From assembly GCA_903919545.1 (NCBI GenBank), contig CAIXIN010000131.1, positions 9,082 to 73,081 on the forward strand: a stretch of DNA of 64,000 bases, given 5' to 3'. Both the position numbers and the translations under genes were made by a program. Source of the DNA: an uncultured bacterium. Its GTDB lineage: Bacteria > Bacillota_I > Bacilli_A > Erysipelotrichales > Erysipelotrichaceae. The notes beneath the pieces were generated by a model. That model had not been told where the DNA came from. It was given only the letters and a program-made list of their open reading frames with translations, and did no database searches. Of this stretch, positions 20,029-30,021 are shown piece after piece (within the stretch, counting starts at the first letter, position 1; each line of letters begins with the position of its first letter).

Positions 20029-21481
20029 GATGGTTCTCCTCTTCATCATTGATGGATTTCAAAATCTCTTCACAAGCAACAACATCTCCTATCCAATTCT
20101 CTTTACCATTCGCTCGATAGATATAATCTTCATTTCCTTTACCTAAAATAAGTACAGTATCATTTTTATTGGCGAGTTCAATCGCTTGTCGAATCGCATC
20201 TAGTCGATCCAGTATAATCAAATGTCTTGTGGTTTTAATCCCTGATGCGATCTGTTTAAGGATCTCCAATGAATTTTCTGTTCTAGGATCTTCTTCGGTG
20301 ACGATAATGTTTGTACAATATCGATCCGCTATGGATCCTAGTATCGCCCTTTTCTTCGTATCACGTAAGCCAGCTGCTCCAAATACAGCAATAATTTTAT
20401 TGGTTTTAGGTGTAATGATGTCTGCGTATTCAAATACTTTCTCAAATCCATCTGGTGTATGGGCATAATCGACGATAACACGATAATTTTGTCCCATCTT
20501 AACATGTTGTAGTCTTCCATCGACTTGAGGTAAATTCTTTACGCTTTCTAAGATATTGCTTATTCTCATCCCATTGAGATGGCATGAGGCAATCACAGCC
20601 AATAGATTATAGACATTAAACATCCCTAATAGATTTGTTGATACTTTATACATCTTCTCTTGTACGATCATGTCAAAACATGTCTCATCATCCTTAAAAA
20701 CTATATTTATAGCCTTATAATCAGCCTCACCCACAACACCATAGGTCTTCTTCTTACAGCTTAATTCTTCAACCAATCTTACACCATAGGAATCATCAAT
20801 ATTTAGGATCGCATATCCATCATTATTTAGTAAATTGAAGATCTTTTTCTTAGCTTGGTAATAGTTCTCCATGGTTCCGTGATAATCAAGATGATCATGG
20901 GTTAGATTCGTAAAAATAGCACTTTTTAGTCTTAAAGCATCTACTCGATGTTGCTCAAGACCTTGACTAGAGATCTCAATGGCGACAGCTTTCATTTTTA
21001 CTTTTATCATTTTAGATAGTACTTCGTGTAAACTGATAACCTCTGGTGTCGTAAAATCAGGTTTTTCTGTGATTTTACCGTATTCAAAACCAATCGTTCC
21101 TATATAACCACAATTTAAATAATCAGAATATACAGCTTTGATTACTTTAGCAATTGTAGTCTTACCATTGGTACCCGTTACACCAAAGACTCTTAATTTA
21201 TCACAGGGATAATCATAAAAAATAGTAGCAACTTTATTTAAGGCCACATAAGCATCATCAACTCTGATGTATTCAACAAAAGGAATATAGTTCGTTAAAT
21301 CATCACTATGTACAATAGCAACAGCCCCATTATCAACCGCTTGGTTGATATGAAGATGTCCATCATGTTTCATTCCTTTCAAGCAAAAGAAAAGAGAATT
21401 CTTGATCTGTAAACGAGAATCAGACATCAAAGATTCTATTTCTATTGGTTTAGCATTTTTAAAAAGTAAGTTTAGTTTCAT
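20021..21481 (-). CDS. murE: UDP-N-acetylmuramoyl-L-alanyl-D-glutamate ligase MurE (amino-acid specificity not determined)
   Basis: [11 protein letters not shown]-loop and Mur ligase length. The motif EDPR sits where mDAP-adding enzymes carry DNPR. Confidence 0.85.
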   Translation of the reverse strand: MKLNLLFKNAKPIEIESLMSDSRLQIKNSLFFCLKGMKHDGHLHINQAVDNGAVAIVHSDDLTNYIPFVEYIRVDDAYVALNKVATIFYDYPCDKLRVFGVTGTNGKTTIAKVIKAVYSDYLNCGYIGTIGFEYGKITEKPDFTTPEVISLHEVLSKMIKVKMKAVAIEISSQGLEQHRVDALRLKSAIFTNLTHDHLDYHGTMENYYQAKKKIFNLLNNDGYAILNIDDSYGVRLVEELSCKKKTYGVVGEADYKAINIVFKDDETCFDMIVQEKMYKVSTNLLGMFNVYNLLAVIASCHLNGMRISNILESVKNLPQVDGRLQHVKMGQNYRVIVDYAHTPDGFEKVFEYADIITPKTNKIIAVFGAAGLRDTKKRAILGSIADRYCTNIIVTEEDPRTENSLEILKQIASGIKTTRHLIILDRLDAIRQAIELANKNDTVLILGKGNEDYIYRANGKENWIGDVVACEEILKSINDEEENHHV

Positions 21482-22749
21482 AAAGGTTTCGCAGTTAGGG
21501 TATCATGGTCAGAAGCCACAATAACACAATCTATTATAGCATGACTTAGCACACTCACTTCCGGGATACTGACACAATCATATGCACTGCTAAAACCATA
21601 AACTCCTCTTTCATCTTTACTCTCAAGCAAAACAGATACTTTAGTCCCAACTAATGATTGAAGATGTTGGTCATATAAAACTTTAGATCGTTCAGTTAGA
21701 ATATGTACTCTTTTCTTCTTTATTTCTTCGCTATTTAATTGCTCAAACTGAGCTGCTTTGGTAAATTTTCGAATTGAATAAGGAAAAACATGAAGAAAAC
21801 TAAAGCCAATCAAATTGATAAAGTTAAGCGTATTCTCAAATCTTTTGTCTGTTTCATTGCTAAATCCAACAATGATATCCGTAGAAATACTTATATTTGG
21901 GATTTCTTTTCTAATCAATTTGATTCTTTCTCTAAATTGAGTTGTTGTATATGGTCGATTCATGAGTTTCAAAACATCATCATCCCCTGATTGTAGGGAA
22001 ATATGAAGATGTTGAGCTAAACGAGGATTGTTCTTCATAAGATCAATCAACTGATCATCAACTTCATTGATATCTATGGAAGATAATCGTATACGTTCAA
22101 TTTTTGTTTCATCCAATATACGCTGTATGAGTTCACTCAAACTACTATTGATATCCGTTCCATATTTACCTGTATGGATTCCAGCTAGGACAATTTCTAG
22201 ATGCTCTTTCTCGAGTTGCTTCACCATCTTTATAACATCATCTTGTGCCAATGAACGTTCTCTACCACGTGTATAAGGAATAATACAGTAAGAACAAAAC
22301 TGATTGCAACCGTCTTGAATCTTAAGAAATGCTCGTGTTTTATTTTTAAAATTAGTGATTGGAATATTCTCAAAAGTTTTTGGCATTGAAAAATCTGAGC
22401 TTAGGTTCTCCTCAATGGATTCTATCAATTCAGCAAAACGATCTTTATTCTTGTTTCCTATCAAGAGATCGATATTGTACTTCTCTTGTAGTTCATCATG
22501 ATTGCTTTGAACGTAACAACCAACCACCACTAATTTAGCACTTGGATTTAATTTCTTCGCTTGGTTTATTTTTTGTCTACTTTTAAAACTTGCTTGATTG
22601 GTTACAGTACAAGTATTGATAATGATTAAATCACTGTCTTCAAATCCTTCTACTTCCTCATAATTCTTCTTGACTAAAACCTCTCGATAATACTCCGATT
22701 CATAGGCATTCACTTTACATCCTAATGTCACAATAGAAAATGTTTTCAT
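21478..22749 (-). CDS. mtaB: tRNA threonylcarbamoyladenosine methylthiotransferase MtaB (radical SAM)
   Basis: MTTase N-terminus TLGCKVNAYES and radical SAM CNQFCSYC. Downstream of rsmE, as yqeV is in Bacillus. Confidence 0.8.
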   Translation of the reverse strand: MKTFSIVTLGCKVNAYESEYYREVLVKKNYEEVEGFEDSDLIIINTCTVTNQASFKSRQKINQAKKLNPSAKLVVVGCYVQSNHDELQEKYNIDLLIGNKNKDRFAELIESIEENLSSDFSMPKTFENIPITNFKNKTRAFLKIQDGCNQFCSYCIIPYTRGRERSLAQDDVIKMVKQLEKEHLEIVLAGIHTGKYGTDINSSLSELIQRILDETKIERIRLSSIDINEVDDQLIDLMKNNPRLAQHLHISLQSGDDDVLKLMNRPYTTTQFRERIKLIRKEIPNISISTDIIVGFSNETDKRFENTLNFINLIGFSFLHVFPYSIRKFTKAAQFEQLNSEEIKKKRVHILTERSKVLYDQHLQSLVGTKVSVLLESKDERGVYGFSSAYDCVSIPEVSVLSHAIIDCVIVASDHDTLTAKPL

Positions 22750-23525
22750 TGCATCTTCCTCTTTAACTTAATCAAAGCATTATTAACTTTATCGGAAATG
22801 AAAGTTGAATCACTTAATTCATCCACTAAAAGTAGAGTTTCATTGTTCTCTAAAGCATCTATGATTTTAATAAACTTCGCATAATCATGAATTTTAAGAT
22901 CATATTCTTTCTTAAGACATATCTTTTTTAGGATCCAAACGGGTTTATTAGTCGTAAGTAAATATAATGTTTTTGTAACATCATAATAGAAGATAACTCT
23001 ATTTTCACTTGACTGTATCAGCTTAACATCTATAAATTCATCTCTAAACGGTGTAATTCCATACTGTAAAGTGGGGATCATTCTACTTTTAAAATCTTTA
23101 TAAAGGTTGAAATATTGTTCTATATCGAATATATTCATTTCTTTATCATAAAGTGTATTCAATAACTCATCAAAAAAAGCAATCCATATTCTTGTCCCAT
23201 TTAAACTTGTGAACATTTTACAACGCTTTTTAACGTCATTTATCTTGATGTTGATCAGTTTATTCTTCTCTTGATAACTTAAAGTAGGCCATAAATCTGT
23301 CAATTCTTTTCTTTCTCGTTCATAGGTATCTTCAAATAATCTTTTATTTTTAAGAGATTCTATCAGAATGGCCGCATTAAAAAAATCTAAATCCATTTTG
23401 ATCTTTAGACTAATATTCTGCTCATCTTTAGCTGTTTTCTTATAGTAATCGATTAGATACTTTGTTGATTTTAACTTAAATATGCTTAATCCATGACGAT
23501 TTACTATTTTCTCTATTCTTTTCAT
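22746..23525 (-). CDS. Hypothetical protein (259 aa, no recognisable motif)
   Basis: Long ORF with ATGA overlaps to both rsmE and mtaB. No TM segment, P-loop or Cys/His cluster. Rich in K, E, N and I. Confidence 0.6.
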   Translation of the reverse strand: MKRIEKIVNRHGLSIFKLKSTKYLIDYYKKTAKDEQNISLKIKMDLDFFNAAILIESLKNKRLFEDTYERERKELTDLWPTLSYQEKNKLINIKINDVKKRCKMFTSLNGTRIWIAFFDELLNTLYDKEMNIFDIEQYFNLYKDFKSRMIPTLQYGITPFRDEFIDVKLIQSSENRVIFYYDVTKTLYLLTTNKPVWILKKICLKKEYDLKIHDYAKFIKIIDALENNETLLLVDELSDSTFISDKVNNALIKLKRKMQ

Positions 23526-24229
23526 AGATCAAGTACACAGTCAACTGTATGAATCGCGACCATAGCTGCAGTTTCCGCTCTGTATATTCGTGTACCTAAA
23601 CTGACACTTTCAAAACCATGATCATTTAAAACATTTATTTCTCTAGGACTTATCCCACCTTCTGGACCAATAATGATCGAAACAGATTCGATTTTTCCTA
23701 AACGCTTTTTCAATTGATGATCTGGATTCTCAACTTCATAAGCGACGAAATTTTGTTCACACTTAAAAGAATCGATATTTTTAAGATATATTGGTTCTAC
23801 GATTTCAGGTATGGTTAAACGATGACATTGTTCAGCTGCTTCTCTTAGAATACTTCTATATCGAACCATCTTATCCGGATCATTTTCCCATTTAACAACA
23901 TTTCTCTCCAATATCAAAGGTACTATTCTGCTTACTCCTAATTCAGTGGCTTTTTGAAGAACAAGTTCAAATTTTTCTCTTCTAATTAAAGCTTGTATCA
24001 AGGTAATTTTTACTTTAATAGGTTCAATAAAAATTTCTTTTACACAAGTAGCACTTATTGCTTTCCCCATAATCAATAAAGTAGCTTCAAACATCTTTGT
24101 TTGATCGCAAAGTAAAATACTTTCTCCAGTTTTAAGTTTGAGTACTCTATCAATCTGATAAGTAACCTCTTTTGGAAGATCAATTGATGCATTAAGTAGT
24201 AGAGTTTGTGTTACAAAAAACTGGTGCAT
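23522..24229 (-). CDS. rsmE: 16S rRNA (uracil1498-N3)-methyltransferase
   Basis: 235 aa with PUA-like N-terminus and C-terminal IIGPEGGISPRE motif typical of RsmE. Confidence 0.85.
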   Translation of the reverse strand: MHQFFVTQTLLLNASIDLPKEVTYQIDRVLKLKTGESILLCDQTKMFEATLLIMGKAISATCVKEIFIEPIKVKITLIQALIRREKFELVLQKATELGVSRIVPLILERNVVKWENDPDKMVRYRSILREAAEQCHRLTIPEIVEPIYLKNIDSFKCEQNFVAYEVENPDHQLKKRLGKIESVSIIIGPEGGISPREINVLNDHGFESVSLGTRIYRAETAAMVAIHTVDCVLDL

Positions 24230-24957
24230 TAGTCTATCTTCCCTTCCTTCGCCAATTGAATCAACTGAGTAAGCTCAGAATCCTTTAAAATACGATATTC
24301 ACCTTCTTTAAGGTCTTTGACTTCAATAAAGCCAAATCGAGCTCTATGAAGCTTAATAACGCTTAATCCAAGGGTTTCAACCATTCTTTTGATTTGTCTA
24401 TTCTTTCCTTCAACTAAAGTAATCGTAAAGTCTGTTTCTTTTCTAGTAAGATCTTTTTTTACGATAACTACTTGTGAAGGTATGGTCATCACTCCATCCA
24501 ATTCAATACCAGTTTCCAAAGCTTTTACATCTTGATTGCTTAATATTCCATCACATTTAACTTCATAAAGTTTTTTGAGATGATATCTAGGATGAGTTAA
24601 GGCGTTTGAAAAATCCCCATCGTTGGTCAATAGAAGTGCTCCAGTAGTATCATAATCAAGTCGACCCACTGGATATATTCTTTCTGACGAATCAATCAAA
24701 TCAACCACCGTGATTCTTCCTCGATCATCGCTTACTGAACTCAAAACTTTTTTAGGTTTATTTAATAGAAAATACACCTTGTTTTCTGTGGATAAAATCT
24801 TTCCTTCATAGGTAACGATACTTCCTTTTTCGACGACATGGCCCATCTCTTTTATGGTTATTCCATCAACTTGGATCTTACCTTCTTTGATAAGTTCTTC
24901 AGCTTTTCTTCGAGAAGTTATGCCTGCTTTGGCGATGATCTTCTGTAATCTTTCCAT
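24229..24957 (-). CDS. rluB: 23S rRNA pseudouridine synthase (RluB/RsuA family)
   Basis: S4 domain (RLQKIIAKAGITSRRKAEELI) and catalytic GRLDYDTTGALLLTNDG. Confidence 0.85.
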   Translation of the reverse strand: MERLQKIIAKAGITSRRKAEELIKEGKIQVDGITIKEMGHVVEKGSIVTYEGKILSTENKVYFLLNKPKKVLSSVSDDRGRITVVDLIDSSERIYPVGRLDYDTTGALLLTNDGDFSNALTHPRYHLKKLYEVKCDGILSNQDVKALETGIELDGVMTIPSQVVIVKKDLTRKETDFTITLVEGKNRQIKRMVETLGLSVIKLHRARFGFIEVKDLKEGEYRILKDSELTQLIQLAKEGKID

Positions 24958-25503
24958 TTATTCGAACAATTGACTTTCTTCAGTACGATCTTCATAAGTA
25001 GGAAGATTTGGTAATTCATCTAGACTCATGAGTTTAAAGAGATCTAAGAAAGATTCTGTGATCGAATATAATATCGGTTTACCTACAGACTCTGCTCTTC
25101 CACTTTCAGTGATCAGTTCCATCGCTTGTAGCTTCTTCAGCATTAGTTCACAGCCTACTCCGCGTATTTCTTCAATTTCAACGCGTGTTATCGGTTGTTT
25201 ATACGCGATTATAGCGAGGGTTTCTAAAGCAGATTGAGATAATTGTCTTGTCTTAGATAAGGTTAAAATACGTTCAACATAAGAACGAATAAAAGGTTTC
25301 GTGATGAATTTGTATTTATCATTAAAAACAACCAGTTCCATACCACGATCATCATGGTGATAATGCTCAATGAGTTCATCACATAAGATCTTAGTCAGAT
25401 CAATTGGATAATCAATCGCTAAGGAAAGCTGTTCTAAAGTAACGCCATCTTCCCCAAAAATGAATATAATACCTTCTAAAATAGACTTATTTGGATTTTC
25501 CAT
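24958..25503 (-). CDS. scpB: Segregation and condensation protein B
   Basis: ILEGIIFIFGE N-terminus and winged-helix repeats. The start at 25503 has GGGAGAA upstream. Follows scpA. Confidence 0.85.
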   Translation of the reverse strand: MENPNKSILEGIIFIFGEDGVTLEQLSLAIDYPIDLTKILCDELIEHYHHDDRGMELVVFNDKYKFITKPFIRSYVERILTLSKTRQLSQSALETLAIIAYKQPITRVEIEEIRGVGCELMLKKLQAMELITESGRAESVGKPILYSITESFLDLFKLMSLDELPNLPTYEDRTEESQLFE

Positions 25504-26239
25504 ACTGTTCTCCCAACTTGAAGGTGATGCGTTCATCACTCACCATATCTATACCTAAAATACCTTTTCTTACCAATTCTAAAATCGCAAGAAAACTTAC
25601 AATAAAGAGATTTAAGGTTTGAGCGTCTGCGATGAATTCTTCAAAATCATATGTTAACTTATCTTTGTTGATCATCATTAAGATCTGAAGCATTCTTTCT
25701 TCTAAAGAGATCTCACTTTTAGTGAATTGAACCTGAGAAGGATGAGATAAATGAAATCTTGCGATACATTTCTCCATGGCTTTGATAAGTTCATAGACAT
25801 CAGATTCATAATAGTGATATCTATCATCGATTTCATTAAGATATCCTAGATCTGCAGGTTTATCCATTTGAAGTTGTCGTTCATCATAACGTGTTTGTAG
25901 ACGTATCGAAATATCTTTGAATTTCTGATATTCGATCAATCTTCGAACAAGTTCATCCTTAGTATCTTTCTCGTAATTAGCAATATCTAATATAGGATCT
26001 AAAACCGGAAGACATTTCTTTGATTTATATTCGATCAAGGTTGCCAATTCAACCAAATATTCGCTAGCGATCTCAAGTTGGGTATCTTCTAAAGCATGAA
26101 TATACTCTATGTATTGATCGATCAAGACATCGACTTCTAAGTTAAAAAGATCAAGTTTCTTTTCCTTAATCAAATGCAACATTAAATCTAAAGGACCTTC
26201 AAATTGATCCAGATTAACTTGGAAACGTACCATTTTCAC
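25487..26239 (-). CDS. scpA: Segregation and condensation protein A (kleisin)
   Basis: FEGPLDLMLHLIKEKKLDL N-terminal signature. 250 aa. Confidence 0.9.
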   Translation of the reverse strand: MKMVRFQVNLDQFEGPLDLMLHLIKEKKLDLFNLEVDVLIDQYIEYIHALEDTQLEIASEYLVELATLIEYKSKKCLPVLDPILDIANYEKDTKDELVRRLIEYQKFKDISIRLQTRYDERQLQMDKPADLGYLNEIDDRYHYYESDVYELIKAMEKCIARFHLSHPSQVQFTKSEISLEERMLQILMMINKDKLTYDFEEFIADAQTLNLFIVSFLAILELVRKGILGIDMVSDERITFKLGEQYGKSK

Positions 26240-26242
26240 CTT

Positions 26243-27541
26243 CTATAAACGATCATAGATCAAAGGAACTTTGTCGATAGGTTGAGTTGAAAGTTGAAAT
26301 GCTTCTTTAAAATCTTTAATCCAGCCATCACTTAATGGACCATCATGATAAATGGTCGCTAAAACATCACCAGTATGAACGAGATCACCTGTTTTACGTT
26401 CTAGGATAAAGCCTACTGCTGGGTTTATTTTATCTTCTTTGGTTGCTCTACCTGCCCCTAAGATCATCGCTAAATGACCTAATTGAGTGGTATGCATAGA
26501 ATTGATATAACCTTGTTGATCAGAAAGTATCTTCGTTTTGAATTTAGAATCAGGTAAATATTCAGGATTGAGGATTTGATTTGAATCTCCTCCTTGAGCT
26601 TTGACCATATCTGCTAACTTTTGTAGGGCTGATCCATTATGAAGTTGTGCTTCTATAGCGATTTCTGCTTGGCGTATATCACTAAAAATCTTTGCTTGAC
26701 ATAGCATCACAGCTCCTGCTTTGATACATAACTCTGTTAAATCAGAAGGTCCTTTTCCCTTTAAGGTTTCAATGGCTTCTTTGACTTCTAAAGCATTGCC
26801 AACTGCATTTCCTAATGGAACATTCATATCCGTAATCAAAGCTTTGACATCTCGATTCATCATCTCACCGATATCGATCATGGCTTTAGCTAAAGTTCTT
26901 GCTTGATCAGGCGTATTCATAAAGGCCCCATCTCCATATTTAACATCCAACAATATCGTATCTGCACCAGAAGCGAGTTTTTTAGACATAATCGAAGAAG
27001 CAATTAAAGGAATTGAAGGTACAGTCCCAGTAACATCTCTTAATGCGTATAGTTTTTTATCAGCAGGAACTAAGTTACCACTTTGACCTACGATTGATAA
27101 TCCAATGTTTTCAACTTGTTTGATGAAATCATCTGTAGAAATCGCTACATTGAAGCCTGTAATCGACTCTAGCTTATCAATGGTGCCTCCTGTGTGTCCT
27201 AACCCTCTTCCACTCATTTTAGCGACCTTGGCCCCTAAAGAAGCTACCATAGGACCTAAAACTAAGGATGTTTTATCCCCTACTCCTCCAGTACTATGTT
27301 TATCAACTTTGATTCCACTGATTTTAGATAGATCCAAGACATCTCCACTGTTCATCATCGATAAAGTTAAATGAGCAGTTTCAGCTGCAGTCATTCCTTT
27401 GAATACAATGGCCATAAGTAAAGCTGAAACCTGATAATCAGGAATCGTTCCTTTAACAAAACCATCGATCCAAAACTGGATCTCTTCTTTATTTAATTCT
27501 AAACCTTCTCTTTTCTTTTCAATGAGTTCAAGAAATCTCAT
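26243..27541 (-). CDS. pdp: Pyrimidine-nucleoside (thymidine) phosphorylase
   Basis: KHSTGGVGDKTS and SGRGLGHTGGT motifs. The start at 27541 (MRFLELIEKK) has AAGGAGAA upstream. Confidence 0.9.
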   Translation of the reverse strand: MRFLELIEKKREGLELNKEEIQFWIDGFVKGTIPDYQVSALLMAIVFKGMTAAETAHLTLSMMNSGDVLDLSKISGIKVDKHSTGGVGDKTSLVLGPMVASLGAKVAKMSGRGLGHTGGTIDKLESITGFNVAISTDDFIKQVENIGLSIVGQSGNLVPADKKLYALRDVTGTVPSIPLIASSIMSKKLASGADTILLDVKYGDGAFMNTPDQARTLAKAMIDIGEMMNRDVKALITDMNVPLGNAVGNALEVKEAIETLKGKGPSDLTELCIKAGAVMLCQAKIFSDIRQAEIAIEAQLHNGSALQKLADMVKAQGGDSNQILNPEYLPDSKFKTKILSDQQGYINSMHTTQLGHLAMILGAGRATKEDKINPAVGFILERKTGDLVHTGDVLATIYHDGPLSDGWIKDFKEAFQLSTQPIDKVPLIYDRL

Positions 27542-28199
27542 GGGATTCTCCTTGTTTAAGTTCAATTTCGATTCTGGTTCTAATTTCTTTTAATGTTTCT
27601 TCTGCACTTAGAGTACCATATTCTTCATAATGAAGCGGTGTACAATAGGTTACACCAATATGATGATGGCCAAATTTCATAAACGACTTAGAATTTTTAA
27701 TCGCAACAGGTATAATAGCAGTTTTTGAGATGTATGCGGCATCCAATTGAGATGAACTAAGTGCTTGATGATCCAAATCCTCTAGAAATAAATGAAAATT
27801 CTTATGCTGATTCAGATTTTGGCTCATTCCTATTAAGTAATCATCTCTAGAATCAATATTATAGCGATAAGAATCAATAAGTTCTAAATAAGGGGTCATA
27901 TAAGGTAAGTGCTCATGAGCATTTACGAAAAAGCTAAAATTTAAAGGATTCGCTGCCAATAATAAGTGACCATCATATTTACTCTCGTGATTTGAGATGA
28001 AGGTATATCCGTCTTCAAGTGGAATAAGATTCGTGTTTTGAACTTTTACCTTAACAGCCGCATTATTCAAAATATATTTTACCCAAATTTTAGTCAATTG
28101 TATTCTTTCTAAAAGAGGTTCTTCCTTGGCTCTTTTTCTTGAGAAGAACATCGTTGGTAATACAAAAAACATTTTAATGAAAACGAAAAATCGTTTCAT
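27528..28199 (-). CDS. PlsC-family acyltransferase (1-acyl-sn-glycerol-3-phosphate acyltransferase-like)
   Basis: N-terminal hydrophobic segment, HX4D motif NHESKYD and IIPVAI block. Confidence 0.6.
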   Translation of the reverse strand: MKRFFVFIKMFFVLPTMFFSRKRAKEEPLLERIQLTKIWVKYILNNAAVKVKVQNTNLIPLEDGYTFISNHESKYDGHLLLAANPLNFSFFVNAHEHLPYMTPYLELIDSYRYNIDSRDDYLIGMSQNLNQHKNFHLFLEDLDHQALSSSQLDAAYISKTAIIPVAIKNSKSFMKFGHHHIGVTYCTPLHYEEYGTLSAEETLKEIRTRIEIELKQGESHEIS

Positions 28200-28666
28200 T
28201 TGAATTTCCTTCCATATCTTTTTTGAGTAAATTCAGAAAATTCCACGACTGAGTTTAACGTAAAATCTTCCTCATTAAATGATGGGAAAAAAGTATCGCA
28301 GGTATATGTTCCTTTAACTTCAGAAATAATTAACTCATCGACATAATTTAGTGCCATCTTATATAAGCTCGCACCTCCGATTACATAAACGAGATCCTCT
28401 GAGAATTGCTTATCACTGAAGAATTTATTGATTTCATGAACAATGTTTATATGTTCATAAGGCAAAGAACTTTGATGAGATACGACATAATTCTGTCGAC
28501 CAGGCAAAGCTTTTCCTATACTATCCATCGTTTTACGTCCCATAATCACACTATGTCCTAAGGTTAAACGTCTAAACTCTTTTAAGTCCTCTTTTATTGA
28601 CCAAGGTAACTGATTGTTGAACCCTATTCCACGATCTTGATCCATAGCAACAATAATTTTTAGCAT
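28196..28666 (-). CDS. folA: Dihydrofolate reductase
   Basis: IVAMDQDRGIGFNNQLPW and VIGGASLY motifs. thyA-folA pair. Confidence 0.9.
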   Translation of the reverse strand: MLKIIVAMDQDRGIGFNNQLPWSIKEDLKEFRRLTLGHSVIMGRKTMDSIGKALPGRQNYVVSHQSSLPYEHINIVHEINKFFSDKQFSEDLVYVIGGASLYKMALNYVDELIISEVKGTYTCDTFFPSFNEEDFTLNSVVEFSEFTQKRYGRKFK

Positions 28667-29538
28667 TATACACTTACCTTTGCGGGAATGAGTGGATCTG
28701 GATCATAATTCAATAGTTCAATATCTTCAAACTTGAAGTCTTCAATATTCTTTATTTCAGGATTTAATTTTAAAGTAGGTAAAGTTTTAGGAGTTCTTGA
28801 AAGTTGAGTTTTAACTTGTTCTAAGTGATCAAGATAAATATGAACATCACCCAAAGTATGAACGAAATCCTTCGCTTGATATCCACAGACTTGAGCGATA
28901 ATATGTGTTAATAGTGCATAGGAAGCGATATTGAATGGTACTCCTAAGAAAACATCTGCACTACGTTGATAAAGTTGACAAGATAGATACTTCTTATCTG
29001 CAGAAACATAGAATTGCATCAGTAAATGACATGGTGGTAAAGCCATATCTGTCAATTCTGCTGGATTCCATGCACTTAAGATGTGTCTACGAGAAAAAGG
29101 ATTATTTTTTAAGCCATCAATTAAAACGCTAAGTTGATCAACTCCGTTAAAATTACGCCATTGTTTACCATAGACTGGACCTAAATCGCCATATTTTAAC
29201 GCAAAGCTTTCATCAAGCTTGATCTTGTTTATAAACTCATCCATTGTCTCGCCCATATAAGCTTCAGATTTACGATATTTATCATAAGGCCAATCATTCC
29301 AGATCCTTACTCCATTTAACACTAAAGGACGAATATTGGTGTTTCCAGTGATAAACCATAGAAGCTCATAAGCAACAGATTTAAAATGTACTTTTTTCGT
29401 TGTTAAAAGTGGGAATCCTTCCCTTAAATCGACTCTAAACTGATAGCCAAATTCAGAAATCGTGCCTGTAGAAGTACGATCTTGGCGTTGTTCGCCGTTA
29501 TCCAAAATGTGTTGAAGAAGTGTGTGATAAGATTTCAT
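28666..29538 (-). CDS. thyA: Thymidylate synthase (ThyA type)
   Basis: Active-site LPPCH, plus DRTSTGT and [20 protein letters not shown]. The start at 29538 (MKSYHTLL) has AGAGG upstream. Confidence 0.92.
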   Translation of the reverse strand: MKSYHTLLQHILDNGEQRQDRTSTGTISEFGYQFRVDLREGFPLLTTKKVHFKSVAYELLWFITGNTNIRPLVLNGVRIWNDWPYDKYRKSEAYMGETMDEFINKIKLDESFALKYGDLGPVYGKQWRNFNGVDQLSVLIDGLKNNPFSRRHILSAWNPAELTDMALPPCHLLMQFYVSADKKYLSCQLYQRSADVFLGVPFNIASYALLTHIIAQVCGYQAKDFVHTLGDVHIYLDHLEQVKTQLSRTPKTLPTLKLNPEIKNIEDFKFEDIELLNYDPDPLIPAKVSV

Positions 29539-29593
29539 GGGAACCTCTAAACTATTATACGACAAACCAAAGAAAAAGAAACGTTTTACGTTT

Positions 29594-29914
29594 CTATTTG
29601 GTCGTCAAGAAGGATACTTTTTCTGCGATAACTTCACAGTAGTAAAATGGTTTGTTTTCTTTAGTATCGAAGGCATTGGCTTGTATTCTACCTTTAATTC
29701 CAACTAGTGATCCAACAGCACACTGTTCAATCGCACTTTCAGCGATTCCTCTCCATAAAGTGCATTGAATTTGATCTGTTTCATATTCACCTTGTGAGTT
29801 CTTAAAATTACGGTCTACCTCTACCAGTAACTCAGCTAATTTGATCCCAGCAGCTGTTTCTTTGATTTCTGGGAGTTTAACGACCTTACCTACAATAACG
29901 ACTTGATTTAGCAT
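29594..29914 (-). CDS. Single-stranded DNA-binding protein, OB fold only, no acidic C-terminal tail (SsbB-like)
   Basis: [19 protein letters not shown]...CTLWRGIAE...[11 protein letters not shown] aligns to the SSB OB domain. The protein ends at 106 aa without a Gly-rich linker or DDDLPF-type tip. Confidence 0.75.
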   Translation of the reverse strand: MLNQVVIVGKVVKLPEIKETAAGIKLAELLVEVDRNFKNSQGEYETDQIQCTLWRGIAESAIEQCAVGSLVGIKGRIQANAFDTKENKPFYYCEVIAEKVSFLTTK

Positions 29915-29984
29915 ATTTGCCTCCTAATAACAGTTTGACAAAAAGCATTGATAAGCTCAAATCGTTGAACTTGTTTAAAACTCA

Positions 29985-30021
29985 AATAATAGACAAGTAT
30001 ACCTAGAGAGTACTTGTCTTA
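29985..30021 (-). terminator. Possible terminator after the M16 peptidase pair
   Basis: 9-bp stem AGACAAGTA/TACTTGTCT with an 11-nt loop and a weak T-rich tail (ATTATTT) on the minus strand. Confidence 0.35.
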
